From: Patescibacteria group bacterium
Lineage (GTDB): Bacteria > Patescibacteriota > Patescibacteriia > UBA10025 > JAHIVO01
Length of the DNA stretch: 64,000 nucleotides
NCBI GenBank assembly: GCA_049325535.1
Contig: JBMOKY010000001.1
Location: 621,942-685,941 of the forward strand
Reading direction: 5' to 3'
Positions 37,000-47,425 of the stretch are shown here, piece by piece. Each line of letters opens with the position of its first letter. Position 1 is the stretch's first letter. The notes below the pieces were generated by a model. The model was not told the DNA's origin and did no database searches. It saw only the letters and a list, made by a program, of their open reading frames with translations. A program made the translations under genes and the position numbers.

Positions 37000-38856
37000 A
37001 TGCGGAACGGTTCCCTAACTCGAACATCGTTTTATTTCGGCGTCGCCACTGCCGCAGTGGCGCTGATTTTCGGTTATCGGACGCTGGCCACTACTGTACC
37101 CTCAGTCGTCCAAGCGGAAATAAGCGATAGCGACATCAGTCTCATCGATGGTACCTATATTTCCGATATTCTCCACACCGAGCGTCCGTTCTCTGTGGCG
37201 GGTTTTGCATGGCGCGGCGACAGCCAGATGGTTTCATTTTCATTTCGACTGAATGACGCGAGCGGATGGAGCGAATGGTATGACGTCGAGTCAGACAGTT
37301 TCGTGGAGGTGGATGGCTATCAGTACCTGCGTGAACCATTTACGGCCGACCAAGCCACGCGTATCCAATATGAGGTAACTGCTGATGGGACACTCGATGA
37401 AATAAAACTTATCTATTTGGATCCGACTGAGTCGACTGCAACCGATGGATTCAATCTGTTTGACTGGCTTTTTAAACCGGTATCTGCCGCCAGTACACTG
37501 ACCATCATCCCCCGTTCTGGCTGGCAAGCAAACGAATCGTGGCGCTACGACAGCGAAGGTAACGAGGAATGGCCGACGGAAATAGTCACTCCGGAAAAAT
37601 TTATCGTGCATCACACCGCTGGCGATCCAGGAACCAGTGATCCGGCAAAGACGATTCAGGGAATTTACTATTGGCACGCCGTCGTATTGAAATGGGGCGA
37701 TATCGGCTACAATTATCTGATTGACCAGAATGGGAAGATCTACGAGGGCCGTGCTGGCGGGGACGGGGTCATCGGCGCACATGCCTACCGTTCCGCAGCC
37801 TGTGCCGCTTCCCGATTCGGCGGATCACAGAATGAAGCGGGATTTAACCGCGGCACTGTGGGGATCGCCATCTTGGGAAATTATGAATCCAGTTTGAAGC
37901 TGAACGATGCTGTCGCTGCCGCCCTGGCTAACCTGATCGGCACCAAAGCCGCTCTCTTCGGCATTGATCCGAGCCAATCCGGTTTTTTCGTAGATAAAAC
38001 ATACCCCCATGTGATCGGCCACAGTGACGTCGACTGCACCGATTGCCCGGGTACCAATCTCTACAGCCACTTGAGCGCCGTTCGCACCGCCGCCCATGAT
38101 ATATTTATCGCCCGAGGTGGCACCGTCGGCAGCACGCAGTACAGCTACAGCGGCGAGGTAACTCATCAAAATATCCTGCCGGCCACATTTACCGGCGCGC
38201 GGCAAACGGTGACGACGGTGGTGACAAATACCGGAACCAAAACATGGAAAAAGGGCGAGGTCAAACTCAATATCTACGACCTGGGCAGCCAGGTCAGTCG
38301 CTTCCGTGACTCCAGCTGGCCGCATCAGCACGGCGGTTTTGATTTCGTGGAATCAGAAGTAAAACCCGGCGCCACAGCTACTTTTACCAGCGTATTTACC
38401 AGCCCAAGCCAACTCGGTCAGTATTTAAATATCTACCGACTGACTGGTCCAGCACAGCTGGTACAGCAGGACGACCGTTCAATCACCCGCGTGGATTCAC
38501 GGTATCAGGCATCACTCATCAGTCAGACCCTGCCCCCTGCCCTGCTCTACACCTGGCGGCCGATGATTACCGTCCGATTCAAAAATACCGGACTGGCCAC
38601 CTGGGACCGCCACGTCACTCTGGACACGTTTGACCTGGGGGGCGCTGTCAGCCGATTCGTGGATCGCTCTTGGCCATCACGCCACACGCCTGCCGTACTC
38701 CAGGAATCGAGTGTCAAACCCGGACAAACCGGTACATTTGTCTTTCGTATCGATCCGCCCACTCCCGGTCTCTACCTGAATACTTTTTACCTGCAGCGCT
38801 GGGGTGAGCCCATCCAGGATGGTCGCTTCAGCCTGATCACCCGGGTCGACGGGTAA
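37000..38856 (+). CDS. N-acetylmuramoyl-L-alanine amidase (Amidase_2/PGRP-like) with two C-terminal NBR1-like Ig domains
   Basis: VHHTA, WGDIGYNYLID, IYEGRAG, GHSD, DCPG; NTG..TW...VKPG repeated twice. Confidence 0.85.
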   Translation: MRNGSLTRTSFYFGVATAAVALIFGYRTLATTVPSVVQAEISDSDISLIDGTYISDILHTERPFSVAGFAWRGDSQMVSFSFRLNDASGWSEWYDVESDSFVEVDGYQYLREPFTADQATRIQYEVTADGTLDEIKLIYLDPTESTATDGFNLFDWLFKPVSAASTLTIIPRSGWQANESWRYDSEGNEEWPTEIVTPEKFIVHHTAGDPGTSDPAKTIQGIYYWHAVVLKWGDIGYNYLIDQNGKIYEGRAGGDGVIGAHAYRSAACAASRFGGSQNEAGFNRGTVGIAILGNYESSLKLNDAVAAALANLIGTKAALFGIDPSQSGFFVDKTYPHVIGHSDVDCTDCPGTNLYSHLSAVRTAAHDIFIARGGTVGSTQYSYSGEVTHQNILPATFTGARQTVTTVVTNTGTKTWKKGEVKLNIYDLGSQVSRFRDSSWPHQHGGFDFVESEVKPGATATFTSVFTSPSQLGQYLNIYRLTGPAQLVQQDDRSITRVDSRYQASLISQTLPPALLYTWRPMITVRFKNTGLATWDRHVTLDTFDLGGAVSRFVDRSWPSRHTPAVLQESSVKPGQTGTFVFRIDPPTPGLYLNTFYLQRWGEPIQDGRFSLITRVDG

Positions 38857-38875
38857 TGGCATACCGAGTCTCTCC

Positions 38876-38900
38876 AAACCCGCCGTATGGCGGGTTTTTT
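38876..38900 (+). terminator. Intrinsic terminator
   Basis: AAACCCGCC gtat GGCGGGTTTTTT. Confidence 0.8.
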
Positions 38901-39003
38901 ATCTACATCACTTGACACTGCGCCTGGGTGTCCACTAAGATTGCTGCAAACAACAGAGTTCTTGGAAAACCAATCATAGCGCTCGTACCGAAGGAGGTTC
39001 TCG

Positions 39004-39438
39004 ATGGATCAAATGAAACATGTGCTGATCGCGGCTGACCATGGCGGATTTCCGCTGAAGGAACAGCTAACGGAGGATTTACGGCAGCGCGGATACCAGG
39101 TCACGGACTATGGCACGGCCAATCACGATTCGGTGGACTACCCCGACTTTGCCGATCGCGTTTGCCGAGATATCAGCCCCAACACCTGCGGCATACTCAT
39201 CTGCGGAACCGGTATCGGCATGTCCATGGCGGCAAATCGCCACCGCCATGTACGCGCGGCACTGTGTACCAGTGTCCGGATGGCTCTGCTCTCCCGCCAG
39301 CACAACGACGCCAATGTGCTGTGTCTCGGCGCGCGGACGACCCAGCCATCCACTGCCCTGGAGATCGTCCTGGCCTGGCTGGATACCGAATTCAGCGGCG
39401 AACCGCGCCATCGCCAGCGCATCAAAAAATTCTCCTGA
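39004..39438 (+). CDS. rpiB: Ribose-5-phosphate isomerase B
   Basis: ADHGG, DYPD, ICGTGIGMSMAANR, HNDANVL, RHRQRI. Confidence 0.96.
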   Translation: MDQMKHVLIAADHGGFPLKEQLTEDLRQRGYQVTDYGTANHDSVDYPDFADRVCRDISPNTCGILICGTGIGMSMAANRHRHVRAALCTSVRMALLSRQHNDANVLCLGARTTQPSTALEIVLAWLDTEFSGEPRHRQRIKKFS

Positions 39439-39464
39439 TTCATGTTCTACTCGGAGGATGTATG

Positions 39465-39497
39465 GCCCGGAACAATTACCGTTCCGGGCATTTTTTT
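39465..39497 (+). terminator. Intrinsic terminator after rpiB
   Basis: GCCCGGAAC...GTTCCGGGC followed by a T-run. Confidence 0.8.
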
Positions 39498-40446
39498 AGT
39501 CCGCGGCTACAAACCGAAGCTCATCCGGAGAAATGCCAAATCCTTCGATGATGGTATCATCATAGGCCTGTAACTCTTCACCCATGAAAGTAATTTTAGT
39601 CTGGCCAGTATAGTGCCGCAGCGGTATGTAATCGAAGCGGCCAAAAACATAATTGAGCAGCTCAAAGCCACCGGTGAATTTGATCATACCCTTGATGCGG
39701 TAAAACTCGGTCCGGGGGAGCGCGCGCAGTGCCGCGTCTACTTGTTCCCGGGTAAATGTCCGGTCGCTGACCAATTCTGCGATTTCCACCTCCTGCTCAT
39801 GGTGATGCACGTTCCGACCCGCATTTGCCGCGTCCACTTCCGCCTGGGTCATGAATAATTTCGTGTCCAAACCGAATATCAGATCTGGACTGATCATCCC
39901 ATGGTCGGTCTTTACTTTTGGCGTATGTGGATTGAGCTCATATACATCATCCAGGGTCTGGTCCAGCGTTCGCTCATCCACCTGTTCGTGTTTATTGATC
40001 AGGATCAAATCAGTATACTCCGCCTGAATTTTTGCGGTAAAGCTTTTGTCAGCGTAGCCTTCGAAATTAATAGCGTCGATGACGGTCACGATCGAGTCAA
40101 GTTTTAGCCGGTCTCCCATTTTTCGTATCTCCAGGGCGATCGGCGCTGGATACGCCGAGCCTGACGTCTCGATGATAATCCGGTCGGGATGATACTGTTT
40201 GAGCAGCTCATCGATGGCATTGCCCATTTTCCCCACCAAAATGCAGCACAGGCAGCCATTCAGCATCTCAGTGACTTTGATATTTGATTCTTTGGCGAGC
40301 TGTGAATCCACCGCCACGTCGCCGAATTCATTCTTGAGCCAAACCATATTGTACCCGACTGGCATCTGCTTGATCAGATTCAGTATAATCGTGGTCTTGC
40401 CACTGCCCAAGTACCCGGTAAATACGGTGACGGGGATTTTTTCCAT
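39496..40446 (-). CDS. CobW/COG0523 G3E metallochaperone GTPase
   Basis: TGYLGSGKTT, NEFG, GCLCC, IETSG, INK, HHHE. Confidence 0.92.
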   Translation of the reverse strand: MEKIPVTVFTGYLGSGKTTIILNLIKQMPVGYNMVWLKNEFGDVAVDSQLAKESNIKVTEMLNGCLCCILVGKMGNAIDELLKQYHPDRIIIETSGSAYPAPIALEIRKMGDRLKLDSIVTVIDAINFEGYADKSFTAKIQAEYTDLILINKHEQVDERTLDQTLDDVYELNPHTPKVKTDHGMISPDLIFGLDTKLFMTQAEVDAANAGRNVHHHEQEVEIAELVSDRTFTREQVDAALRALPRTEFYRIKGMIKFTGGFELLNYVFGRFDYIPLRHYTGQTKITFMGEELQAYDDTIIEGFGISPDELRFVAAD

Positions 40447-40447
40447 A

Positions 40448-41653
40448 TTACGTCTGCGATGGCGCGGCTGATGCCCGATCCATGACTTGACGCGCTCCAT
40501 AATGGATTAGTAATATCGCAAACAACGCCCCAGCGGCGCTGATAAAACTGACGTGGAATACGTACACAGCCACTACCAAACCAGTATACAGTATTACTTT
40601 TGAAAACATGGAGGAGGCATTGCGATAGGTCGACGCGGATAAAGGATCGATCCGCTCACCTTTTTCGAAAAGCGTGCTCATGACCGGGACGCTGATCATG
40701 ACCGAGCAAAAACCAACCACAAAAATACTGGCGTATAAAAATATCGAATCGTCGACACCCAGCCGCAGGAGCCACAGCAAACCGGCTATGAATGAACCGA
40801 TGATAATACTGTAGACACGGTGTGATCGCTGGATCCGACCGGCGAAAAAAGTAAATATAATCATAGCCGCCGCGCCCAGTACAGCCACCGCCGCTACCGA
40901 TTCGACGTTCCCCAGCAGCAAAAAAAGGAAAATCGGGAAGAGCTCAAGTTCCGCACTCATATGGACGCCATAGAGCATGGTGGAGACGTAATCCCGCGCT
41001 ACCTCCCACCTGCCAAAAAAACTGCGGAACGGCTGTGATGGTGCGGTTGGGCGATCAGGTACGCCGCGGATGCGGAACAATGGGATGATGGACAACGCTA
41101 CCACCGCCGCGCTTACATAAATCAGCACCTGATCACCAAACAAGATGATCAACCCCGCTCCGATCGCCGGAGCCAATACCTCGGCCAATTGCTGGACGAT
41201 AAAAAGGCCGCTGGTATCCCGGGAGATGTTTTGCTTGTGTTTGCTGCACACCATGAAATAATATAGGTGCGCTACCCAGTACAAAGCGTCATACGCCGCA
41301 GCAAATACAGCAATCATCACCACGATCCCCCAGTGATCCGGCGACAGCCCCGACAGACTGAGGAAGTACGCCAGCATGAATAGTGAACCCATGATGATCA
41401 CCAGACGTGCGCCCACTCGTTTGATCAGCCATCGCGATAGGAAATTGAGCGGTACGTCGATAGCATTGAATATCAAAAAATATACCATCACCTCACCAAC
41501 GGCATACCCCGCCTGAAGCAGAAGGATAGGAACGAAAATCGAAATCAGTGATCGGGCGAAAGTGTGCATCCATACCGACCACTCAAAAAGCCCAAGTGAC
41601 GAGTGGAGCGCCCGGCTCAGACGGAGGCTGTGATGTGCGTGTGAATGATGCAT
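40448..41653 (-). CDS. MFS transporter with a His-rich N-terminus
   Basis: About 12 TM; N-terminal MHHSHAHH. Confidence 0.85.
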   Translation of the reverse strand: MHHSHAHHSLRLSRALHSSLGLFEWSVWMHTFARSLISIFVPILLLQAGYAVGEVMVYFLIFNAIDVPLNFLSRWLIKRVGARLVIIMGSLFMLAYFLSLSGLSPDHWGIVVMIAVFAAAYDALYWVAHLYYFMVCSKHKQNISRDTSGLFIVQQLAEVLAPAIGAGLIILFGDQVLIYVSAAVVALSIIPLFRIRGVPDRPTAPSQPFRSFFGRWEVARDYVSTMLYGVHMSAELELFPIFLFLLLGNVESVAAVAVLGAAAMIIFTFFAGRIQRSHRVYSIIIGSFIAGLLWLLRLGVDDSIFLYASIFVVGFCSVMISVPVMSTLFEKGERIDPLSASTYRNASSMFSKVILYTGLVVAVYVFHVSFISAAGALFAILLIHYGARQVMDRASAAPSQT

Positions 41654-41656
41654 GAA

Positions 41657-42244
41657 CTACAATATATGTTTACGGAGCGAAACGATGTAGCTGGCGCTCC
41701 CAATACACAACAGCGCCATCACCACGAATATAGTATCAAAACTGGTCAGCGTAACGATAATACCGCCCACCAGCGCACCACCGGCGATAGTGAAATAATT
41801 CATCATTTCCCACCGGCCCCACTCACTCCCCTGCGCGTGTTTCGTCAGGTGTCGGGAATACACACCGTCAAATGCCGGTGAGTACACGGCCTCACCGATG
41901 CCGATGACTACCTGCGCAAAGAGTAAATGTCCGATGGAGCTCGCCTGGGTCAGCACCAAATATCCCACGCCCATCATCAGATATCCGGCGACGATCACAA
42001 ATTCACCGCGTTTCATGCGATCGGCAAACCGGCCGGATACGTACGCCGTCACCCCAGCCGATGCGGCAAAAACCGCTCCGGCCAGGCTGGCATCAAGCAA
42101 ATCACCGCCGACGTCCTTCACAAACAGAGCGTAAATCGGCCCGAGCATGGCGCCGGCGATGAGCACCAGGCCATTGGTGACCAGGAGAATATTGAGAGCG
42201 CGCGTATTGGCCCGCCGACGAAATAAGTAATTAAACAAACTCAT
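41657..42244 (-). CDS. Half-size (6-TM) MFS protein
   Basis: Motif A GRFADRMKR, GIGEAVYSPA; complete 195-aa ORF. Confidence 0.8.
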   Translation of the reverse strand: MSLFNYLFRRRANTRALNILLVTNGLVLIAGAMLGPIYALFVKDVGGDLLDASLAGAVFAASAGVTAYVSGRFADRMKRGEFVIVAGYLMMGVGYLVLTQASSIGHLLFAQVVIGIGEAVYSPAFDGVYSRHLTKHAQGSEWGRWEMMNYFTIAGGALVGGIIVTLTSFDTIFVVMALLCIGSASYIVSLRKHIL

Positions 42245-42254
42245 GTGATAATAG

Positions 42255-42818
42255 CTATATTTTGCCGACTAACGCGATGTCCGGCTTCAGCGTTTTGTCA
42301 CCCGGTTTCCAGCTGGCTGGGCATACTTCACCGGCATGTTCATGCACGTACTGAGACGCCTGTAATTTGCGGTAAATTTCTTCGATCGAGCGGCCGATGC
42401 TGTTGTCATGGATATCCATGGCGCGCAATCGTCCCTCCGGATCGATGATCAACGAAGCGCGCAGCGACAGCCCTTCATCCTCGAGATAGGTGCCAAACGC
42501 TCGGCACACCTGGCCGGTTGGATCGGCAAGCATGGGAAAAGTTATTTTATGAATGGCTTTTGATTCATCGTGCCACGCTTTGTGCACGTACGCCGTATCA
42601 GTACTGATACTGACGATTTCAGCATTGATCGCCTGAAAGCGATCATAATAATCTGCGGCCGCTGACAGTTCCGTCGGGCAGACAAACGTAAAATCAGCGG
42701 GGTAAAATAGCATCACCAGCCATCTGCCGCGATACTCCGACAATCGTATCTTGTGAAAATCATTTTTATAAAAAGACTCTAACTCAAAATCCGGGATTTC
42801 CCTGCCAATCAAGACCAT
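42255..42818 (-). CDS. ahpC: Peroxiredoxin AhpC (typical 2-Cys)
   Basis: FYPADFTFVCPTE and GEVCPASW. Confidence 0.95.
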   Translation of the reverse strand: MVLIGREIPDFELESFYKNDFHKIRLSEYRGRWLVMLFYPADFTFVCPTELSAAADYYDRFQAINAEIVSISTDTAYVHKAWHDESKAIHKITFPMLADPTGQVCRAFGTYLEDEGLSLRASLIIDPEGRLRAMDIHDNSIGRSIEEIYRKLQASQYVHEHAGEVCPASWKPGDKTLKPDIALVGKI

Positions 42819-42839
42819 ACATCGATCTAATTTATTTTT

Positions 42840-43895
42840 TTAATTTCCAGCCGCTTTTGGCTGTTCGTATTTCAGGTATAACTCTATGGTCGTCACCAAT
42901 AAAATCATAATCACCGGTCCATAGATGAATCCAAGCATGCCAAATACCTGTAAACCGCCTAGCACCCCGATCAATACCAGTGCCGGATGGAGTGATGCCT
43001 TCTTCGACACCAGTTTTGGCCGGAGATAATTATCGATATTACTGGTGATCAGCAGATTCGTGCCGATCAAAAAGAACCCCTGCCATAGATTGCCGGTAAA
43101 GATGAGAAATAGCGCGATTGGCAGAACCACCACTGTGGCTCCGAGCATGGGGATGATGCCGACGAACAACATCAGTATCATCCAGAAAAGTATATAATCA
43201 ACACCAGCGATGACCAAGAAAACTGCGGAAGCAAGCGCCTGGACAAAGGCGATAAAGAATGTCCCTTTGACCATTGACCGAGACATTTCCACGATCCGTG
43301 TCAGATACATCTGATCGACGCGGTCATCCATGGGGCTGAGGCGCTCGATAAATTTCAAGAACTTATGCTGTACCGGAAATAGGGAAAAGAGTACGACGAT
43401 ATATATGAATGCGGAAGTAAACGCGGTGGCAGCGCCGGAACCGATTTTTGGCAGCTGCCGCACGAAAAACTGCCCGATGTTTCCGGCAAATGTCTTCAGC
43501 TCGGCTTGAACGTCTTCGAGCTGGATCTCATACGTCACGCCAATCGTCTCCAGTGCGCTATTGCCCAGTCGTACTACCTCCTGCACATCTAGCGTCCCCT
43601 GGCCCGAGAGATCGTTGTTGAACTGCACGATTTGATTGACCGTAGCGGCTATGACCAGCGAAACGGGAATGATAACCGCGACGATCACTACAAGGACGGT
43701 AACAAAACTTGCTGATTTTGCCCGGCCATGAAACGCGTGGTGAAAGTATTCGTATACCGGTTTAAAAAATAAAGCGGTGATAAAAGCTAATACAACGGCG
43801 GATACAAACGGACGCATTACCAAGAAAGATAATGCCACGACGATCACCACCAACACGTAAAAAAAAGGTTGTTTACGCAGAGTTTCCATATTCAT
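42840..43895 (-). CDS. AI-2E family transporter
   Basis: IDNYLRPKL, LHP, GFIYGP. Confidence 0.9.
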   Translation of the reverse strand: MNMETLRKQPFFYVLVVIVVALSFLVMRPFVSAVVLAFITALFFKPVYEYFHHAFHGRAKSASFVTVLVVIVAVIIPVSLVIAATVNQIVQFNNDLSGQGTLDVQEVVRLGNSALETIGVTYEIQLEDVQAELKTFAGNIGQFFVRQLPKIGSGAATAFTSAFIYIVVLFSLFPVQHKFLKFIERLSPMDDRVDQMYLTRIVEMSRSMVKGTFFIAFVQALASAVFLVIAGVDYILFWMILMLFVGIIPMLGATVVVLPIALFLIFTGNLWQGFFLIGTNLLITSNIDNYLRPKLVSKKASLHPALVLIGVLGGLQVFGMLGFIYGPVIMILLVTTIELYLKYEQPKAAGN

Positions 43896-44131
43896 GCCAT
43901 AATTATAGCATTTTTTTAAACATTTGTCGAACCTGCTTCACGCCCGTACTGACAGAACCCGGATGCGTGACTAACATGAATTAAAATTCCACGTACGTAC
44001 TACTATCTACGATTACTAGTAATAGATTGCATGCACCGCTGGTCAATCAGCTACCGATATCGCTATGACGAGGAGACTAAAACACCGACCGCACACAATA
44101 CGATCGGTGTTTTTTATGCATATCGTGAGAC

Positions 44132-44635
44132 CTATTCGCTATCGCCGGTGGTCAGGATAATGATGGTAATTCCGTCGGCTTCGGAAATTCCGACAGTCAT
44201 CATCCGATTATCTTTTTCACCGCTCATGCTGACCGTATCGCCCATATCGAGCGATGCCAGCACATTCCATCCATCATCAGCCATTGCCGATTCATATTCA
44301 CCCTTCAGCTGGCTGACCGGTACGTCAGTCTGGATGCTCACTGAGTATCCGTTGTTTTCATCCACCGTGGTCGCCGCCGTGATGGTGCCATCAGCTACAT
44401 GGACATCGGTCGGAAAACCATCGGGCAGTGACACGCTTTCACCTGCCTGAAAAGTGGCACCATTCGTATTGATGGTCACCGTATCGTTATCGAAATCGAC
44501 GTCCGCCTCGCCATTGGTCGATTGCTCGACGGCCGTTTCCGCTACTTTTTCCGCGGGGCTGGTGCAGGCGCTGAGCACCACTGCCATGGCGATTATTCCC
44601 ATCGTTAGAAAAACCTTGTACATAGGCGTATTCAC
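44132..44635 (-). CDS. Acidic lipoprotein
   Basis: Lipobox LSAC; LPDGFPTDV motif. Confidence 0.75.
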   Translation of the reverse strand: MNTPMYKVFLTMGIIAMAVVLSACTSPAEKVAETAVEQSTNGEADVDFDNDTVTINTNGATFQAGESVSLPDGFPTDVHVADGTITAATTVDENNGYSVSIQTDVPVSQLKGEYESAMADDGWNVLASLDMGDTVSMSGEKDNRMMTVGISEADGITIIILTTGDSE

Positions 44636-44765
44636 GTTAATGATAGTGGCCTAAGTATAGCAGAAAAAGAACCTCACTGCACGCACCACCACAAAACGTG
44701 TCGCCGCATGCCGCATCACGGTACGCGTAAAAGCCTGTGGTCTTCCCCGGCATTATGAAAATACA

Positions 44766-45926
44766 TCACAACCGCCCCGCGCAGTAGTATTCATGGCACT
44801 CACTTTCATCCAGCAAATAGTCGAGTGCCAGTCGATCTAAAATTTGACGCGCGATAACCGGATCGGAAATGAGATGCGGCTGGCTGTAATCATCGATCTC
44901 TACCGGTATCACCCGCACATCCACTACTGCTTCATGATCCAGCGTGATATCCAGTGCTATCCCCCGGCGGGTGTCCACTGACCACATCTGGTCAAATATG
45001 TAATTCCCCAGACTGTAAAAAATATATTTACCTCGGTATACTTCGGCGGTCTGTACCACATGCGGATGGTGTCCAATCACCAGATCAGCGCCCGCATCGA
45101 TTGCCGCGTGAGCAAAATCCGTCTGTCGGACACTCGGTAACGGTACATACTCATTTCCGGCGTGCATGGTGACGATGACCACGTCGGCCAGATCACGGAC
45201 GGCACCAACCGCCGTCTGCATCATCTCAATATCCATCAAGGCGGTTCCAGCATGCTCATCACCAGAAAAATACGAATCCGGCACCACGTCCGTATCATTA
45301 TAGGCCAAAAAAGCTACGGTCAAATCCCGGACGCGTCGTATGGCTGGCGACTCCGCCTCTATGCGATCCATGCCCGCGCCGGTGTGTGCGATTCCAGCAG
45401 CATCCAATGCCTCGAGCGTATCCCAAATACCGTCGCTCCCCTGATTGGGCAGATGATTATTGGCCAATCCAACCACGTCAAATCCAGCGTCGGCCAAAGC
45501 CTGCGCCCATTCCGTATCAGCCCGAAACACCATACTCTCCGTGACGACTGAATCACCCGGCGTCAGCGGGGATTCCAGATTCCCCATGGTGATGTCCGCG
45601 GATTGCAGAATATCCAGAGTCCGCGCGAACGGGTATGTATACCCGGTGCGCCGTTTGCTGACCGACTCCACGTCCCGCCCAAACATCATATCGCCGACAA
45701 ATAGAACTGACACCGGTTCGCTGATTTCCTGAGCGTGGGTTTGTACCACTGACCAATCCCGACAGCGTCCTTCGTCATTGAGGGAAATCACGCCGGTACA
45801 ATTGAGCATCAGCAGTGTCAGGGTACTGATGCTGATCAGCACCAAACCGGCAATCGTGGCGATAACGCTTGCCATATGTGCCCGAGAAGCATTTTTTTGA
45901 TTTTTTTGTGCCATTTCTCGCGCCAT
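44766..45926 (-). CDS. CapA-family metallophosphoesterase-like protein
   Basis: FVGDMM, GNLESP, LANNH, HAGNEY, GHHPHVVQ, YSLGNYIFDQ. Confidence 0.9.
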   Translation of the reverse strand: MAREMAQKNQKNASRAHMASVIATIAGLVLISISTLTLLMLNCTGVISLNDEGRCRDWSVVQTHAQEISEPVSVLFVGDMMFGRDVESVSKRRTGYTYPFARTLDILQSADITMGNLESPLTPGDSVVTESMVFRADTEWAQALADAGFDVVGLANNHLPNQGSDGIWDTLEALDAAGIAHTGAGMDRIEAESPAIRRVRDLTVAFLAYNDTDVVPDSYFSGDEHAGTALMDIEMMQTAVGAVRDLADVVIVTMHAGNEYVPLPSVRQTDFAHAAIDAGADLVIGHHPHVVQTAEVYRGKYIFYSLGNYIFDQMWSVDTRRGIALDITLDHEAVVDVRVIPVEIDDYSQPHLISDPVIARQILDRLALDYLLDESECHEYYCAGRL

Positions 45927-46065
45927 GGATACAGTATAGCACAATGAAAATAAAAAAACTGCGCGCGTATCACAGTTACTATTGACGAACCAGCGGTAAT
46001 GCTCTATGGTACATTGTTACTCATAAGTTCTTTACACAAAAACCTCACGAAAGGAGGTGATCATC

Positions 46066-46578
46066 GTGAAGTGGGTAAAGGCGGCGGTAATTCTTTGGCT
46101 CATGCTGCTTGCCACCGGCGGAATCGCCATTCAATTTGAATCTGAAACAGCGCAAACCATCGCTCAGATCTCGCTGTTCCTGTTTGCCCTTCCTTTTTAC
46201 CTCGGGATTATCGTCCTCATCATCTATGGCACATATGTTCATGAAAAAAATGGAAATGAACAGCGATCACGAGAAGCGGCATCGAAGCGAGTCGAAGCGG
46301 AAGAAACGCTCAAGCGGCTAATCGCGGAACGCGACCCGCGGGTGGTCGAGTACGTGGACATGAGTAAACAACCAGTCCCTCTCGACAAACAAGCTCCCCA
46401 GAGCACACGCTGGCAAGACGGATGGGATTTCATGAACAAACGAGTCCCCAATTTCAGGGAAACGTACGAGAAAGACGAAACCATAAACGAAGCGCTCAGC
46501 GAATGCCGATGCAAGGAACTGGGCTCGACCTGCCTCCACTGCTCTTGGATTATGTGCGGCTTTGCTGATGATGATTAG
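46066..46578 (+). CDS. Hypothetical 2-TM protein with a Cys-rich C-terminus (SD-led stand-alone unit)
   Basis: TTGACG-17-TATGGT, GTTCTTTACA, SD AAGGAGGTGA, GTG start, terminator at 46581-46618. Confidence 0.7.
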   Translation: MKWVKAAVILWLMLLATGGIAIQFESETAQTIAQISLFLFALPFYLGIIVLIIYGTYVHEKNGNEQRSREAASKRVEAEETLKRLIAERDPRVVEYVDMSKQPVPLDKQAPQSTRWQDGWDFMNKRVPNFRETYEKDETINEALSECRCKELGSTCLHCSWIMCGFADDD

Positions 46579-46616
46579 TGAGAGGTTTGCACGCTTAGGC
46601 GTGCGAGCCTCTTTTT

Positions 46617-47279
46617 TTATTTTTTCCTACCTAAATCCGCCACCACTGCAACTATCCCTTCGACCTGCCCCTGCGACAGCCGTGCTGGCCGATTGGTGAT
46701 AACTTCACCAAGCCACCGCCGACCGATCACATATACTCCATCCACCGGCCGCTGACCAAAACCTATTTTTACTCGGTAAGCAAATACGACCACCGGTAAT
46801 ACAAATACCTGCCACTGCATTTGCTCCCTCAGATACTGGCCAAGTCCCGCCGCCTCACCCCGCATCTGCCGCAGTACGTCCTTTTCAAAATACTGATTAT
46901 TACGCGTGAGTAGTCCGTGATTTAATCCGATGACACCACGATGACTTTTTACTTCAATAGTCCACACTCCACTCGGACCCACCACTACAAAATCAATATT
47001 CCACTGCTGACCGGGCAACCGCACGTCCTGAAAGACATGATATTCATGTGGTAACCGCCGCAGGGCATACCATATTGCTCCCTCACCCTTTTGCCCCCGT
47101 GTATACTGATCTGCCTTATCGAACGCCCGATTCCCGAATCGATATAGCACCAAACTTACCACAATAAACACAGCTGAAACCCACCAGTATTTAGCAACAT
47201 CATCGATATGCTCAAAATACAATGTTGCACAAACCGTTAATATCACCAACACCAATAGAGCCCAAACGCGATATGACAC
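46617..47279 (-). CDS. NERD nuclease-related domain protein with 2 TM
   Basis: GQKGE, NIDFVVVGPSGVWTIEVK. Confidence 0.88.
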   Translation of the reverse strand: MSYRVWALLVLVILTVCATLYFEHIDDVAKYWWVSAVFIVVSLVLYRFGNRAFDKADQYTRGQKGEGAIWYALRRLPHEYHVFQDVRLPGQQWNIDFVVVGPSGVWTIEVKSHRGVIGLNHGLLTRNNQYFEKDVLRQMRGEAAGLGQYLREQMQWQVFVLPVVVFAYRVKIGFGQRPVDGVYVIGRRWLGEVITNRPARLSQGQVEGIVAVVADLGRKK

Positions 47280-47425
47280 ACGCTTCTTTTCTAAGTACCC
47301 ACTTGGTTGTCCGTGTAGGTGAGGCGTAGTTATGATGCTTCGGTTAAGCTGAACTAGATGGCCTGATTATGAATAATATTTTTACTCAATGGCTTCGAAA
47401 AACTAATTGCCCGCTGTTCGTAAGG

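Noticed and set aside
44766-45926. Poly-gamma-glutamate capsule locus
   Set aside because: The CapA-like gene is alone; no capB or capC nearby.
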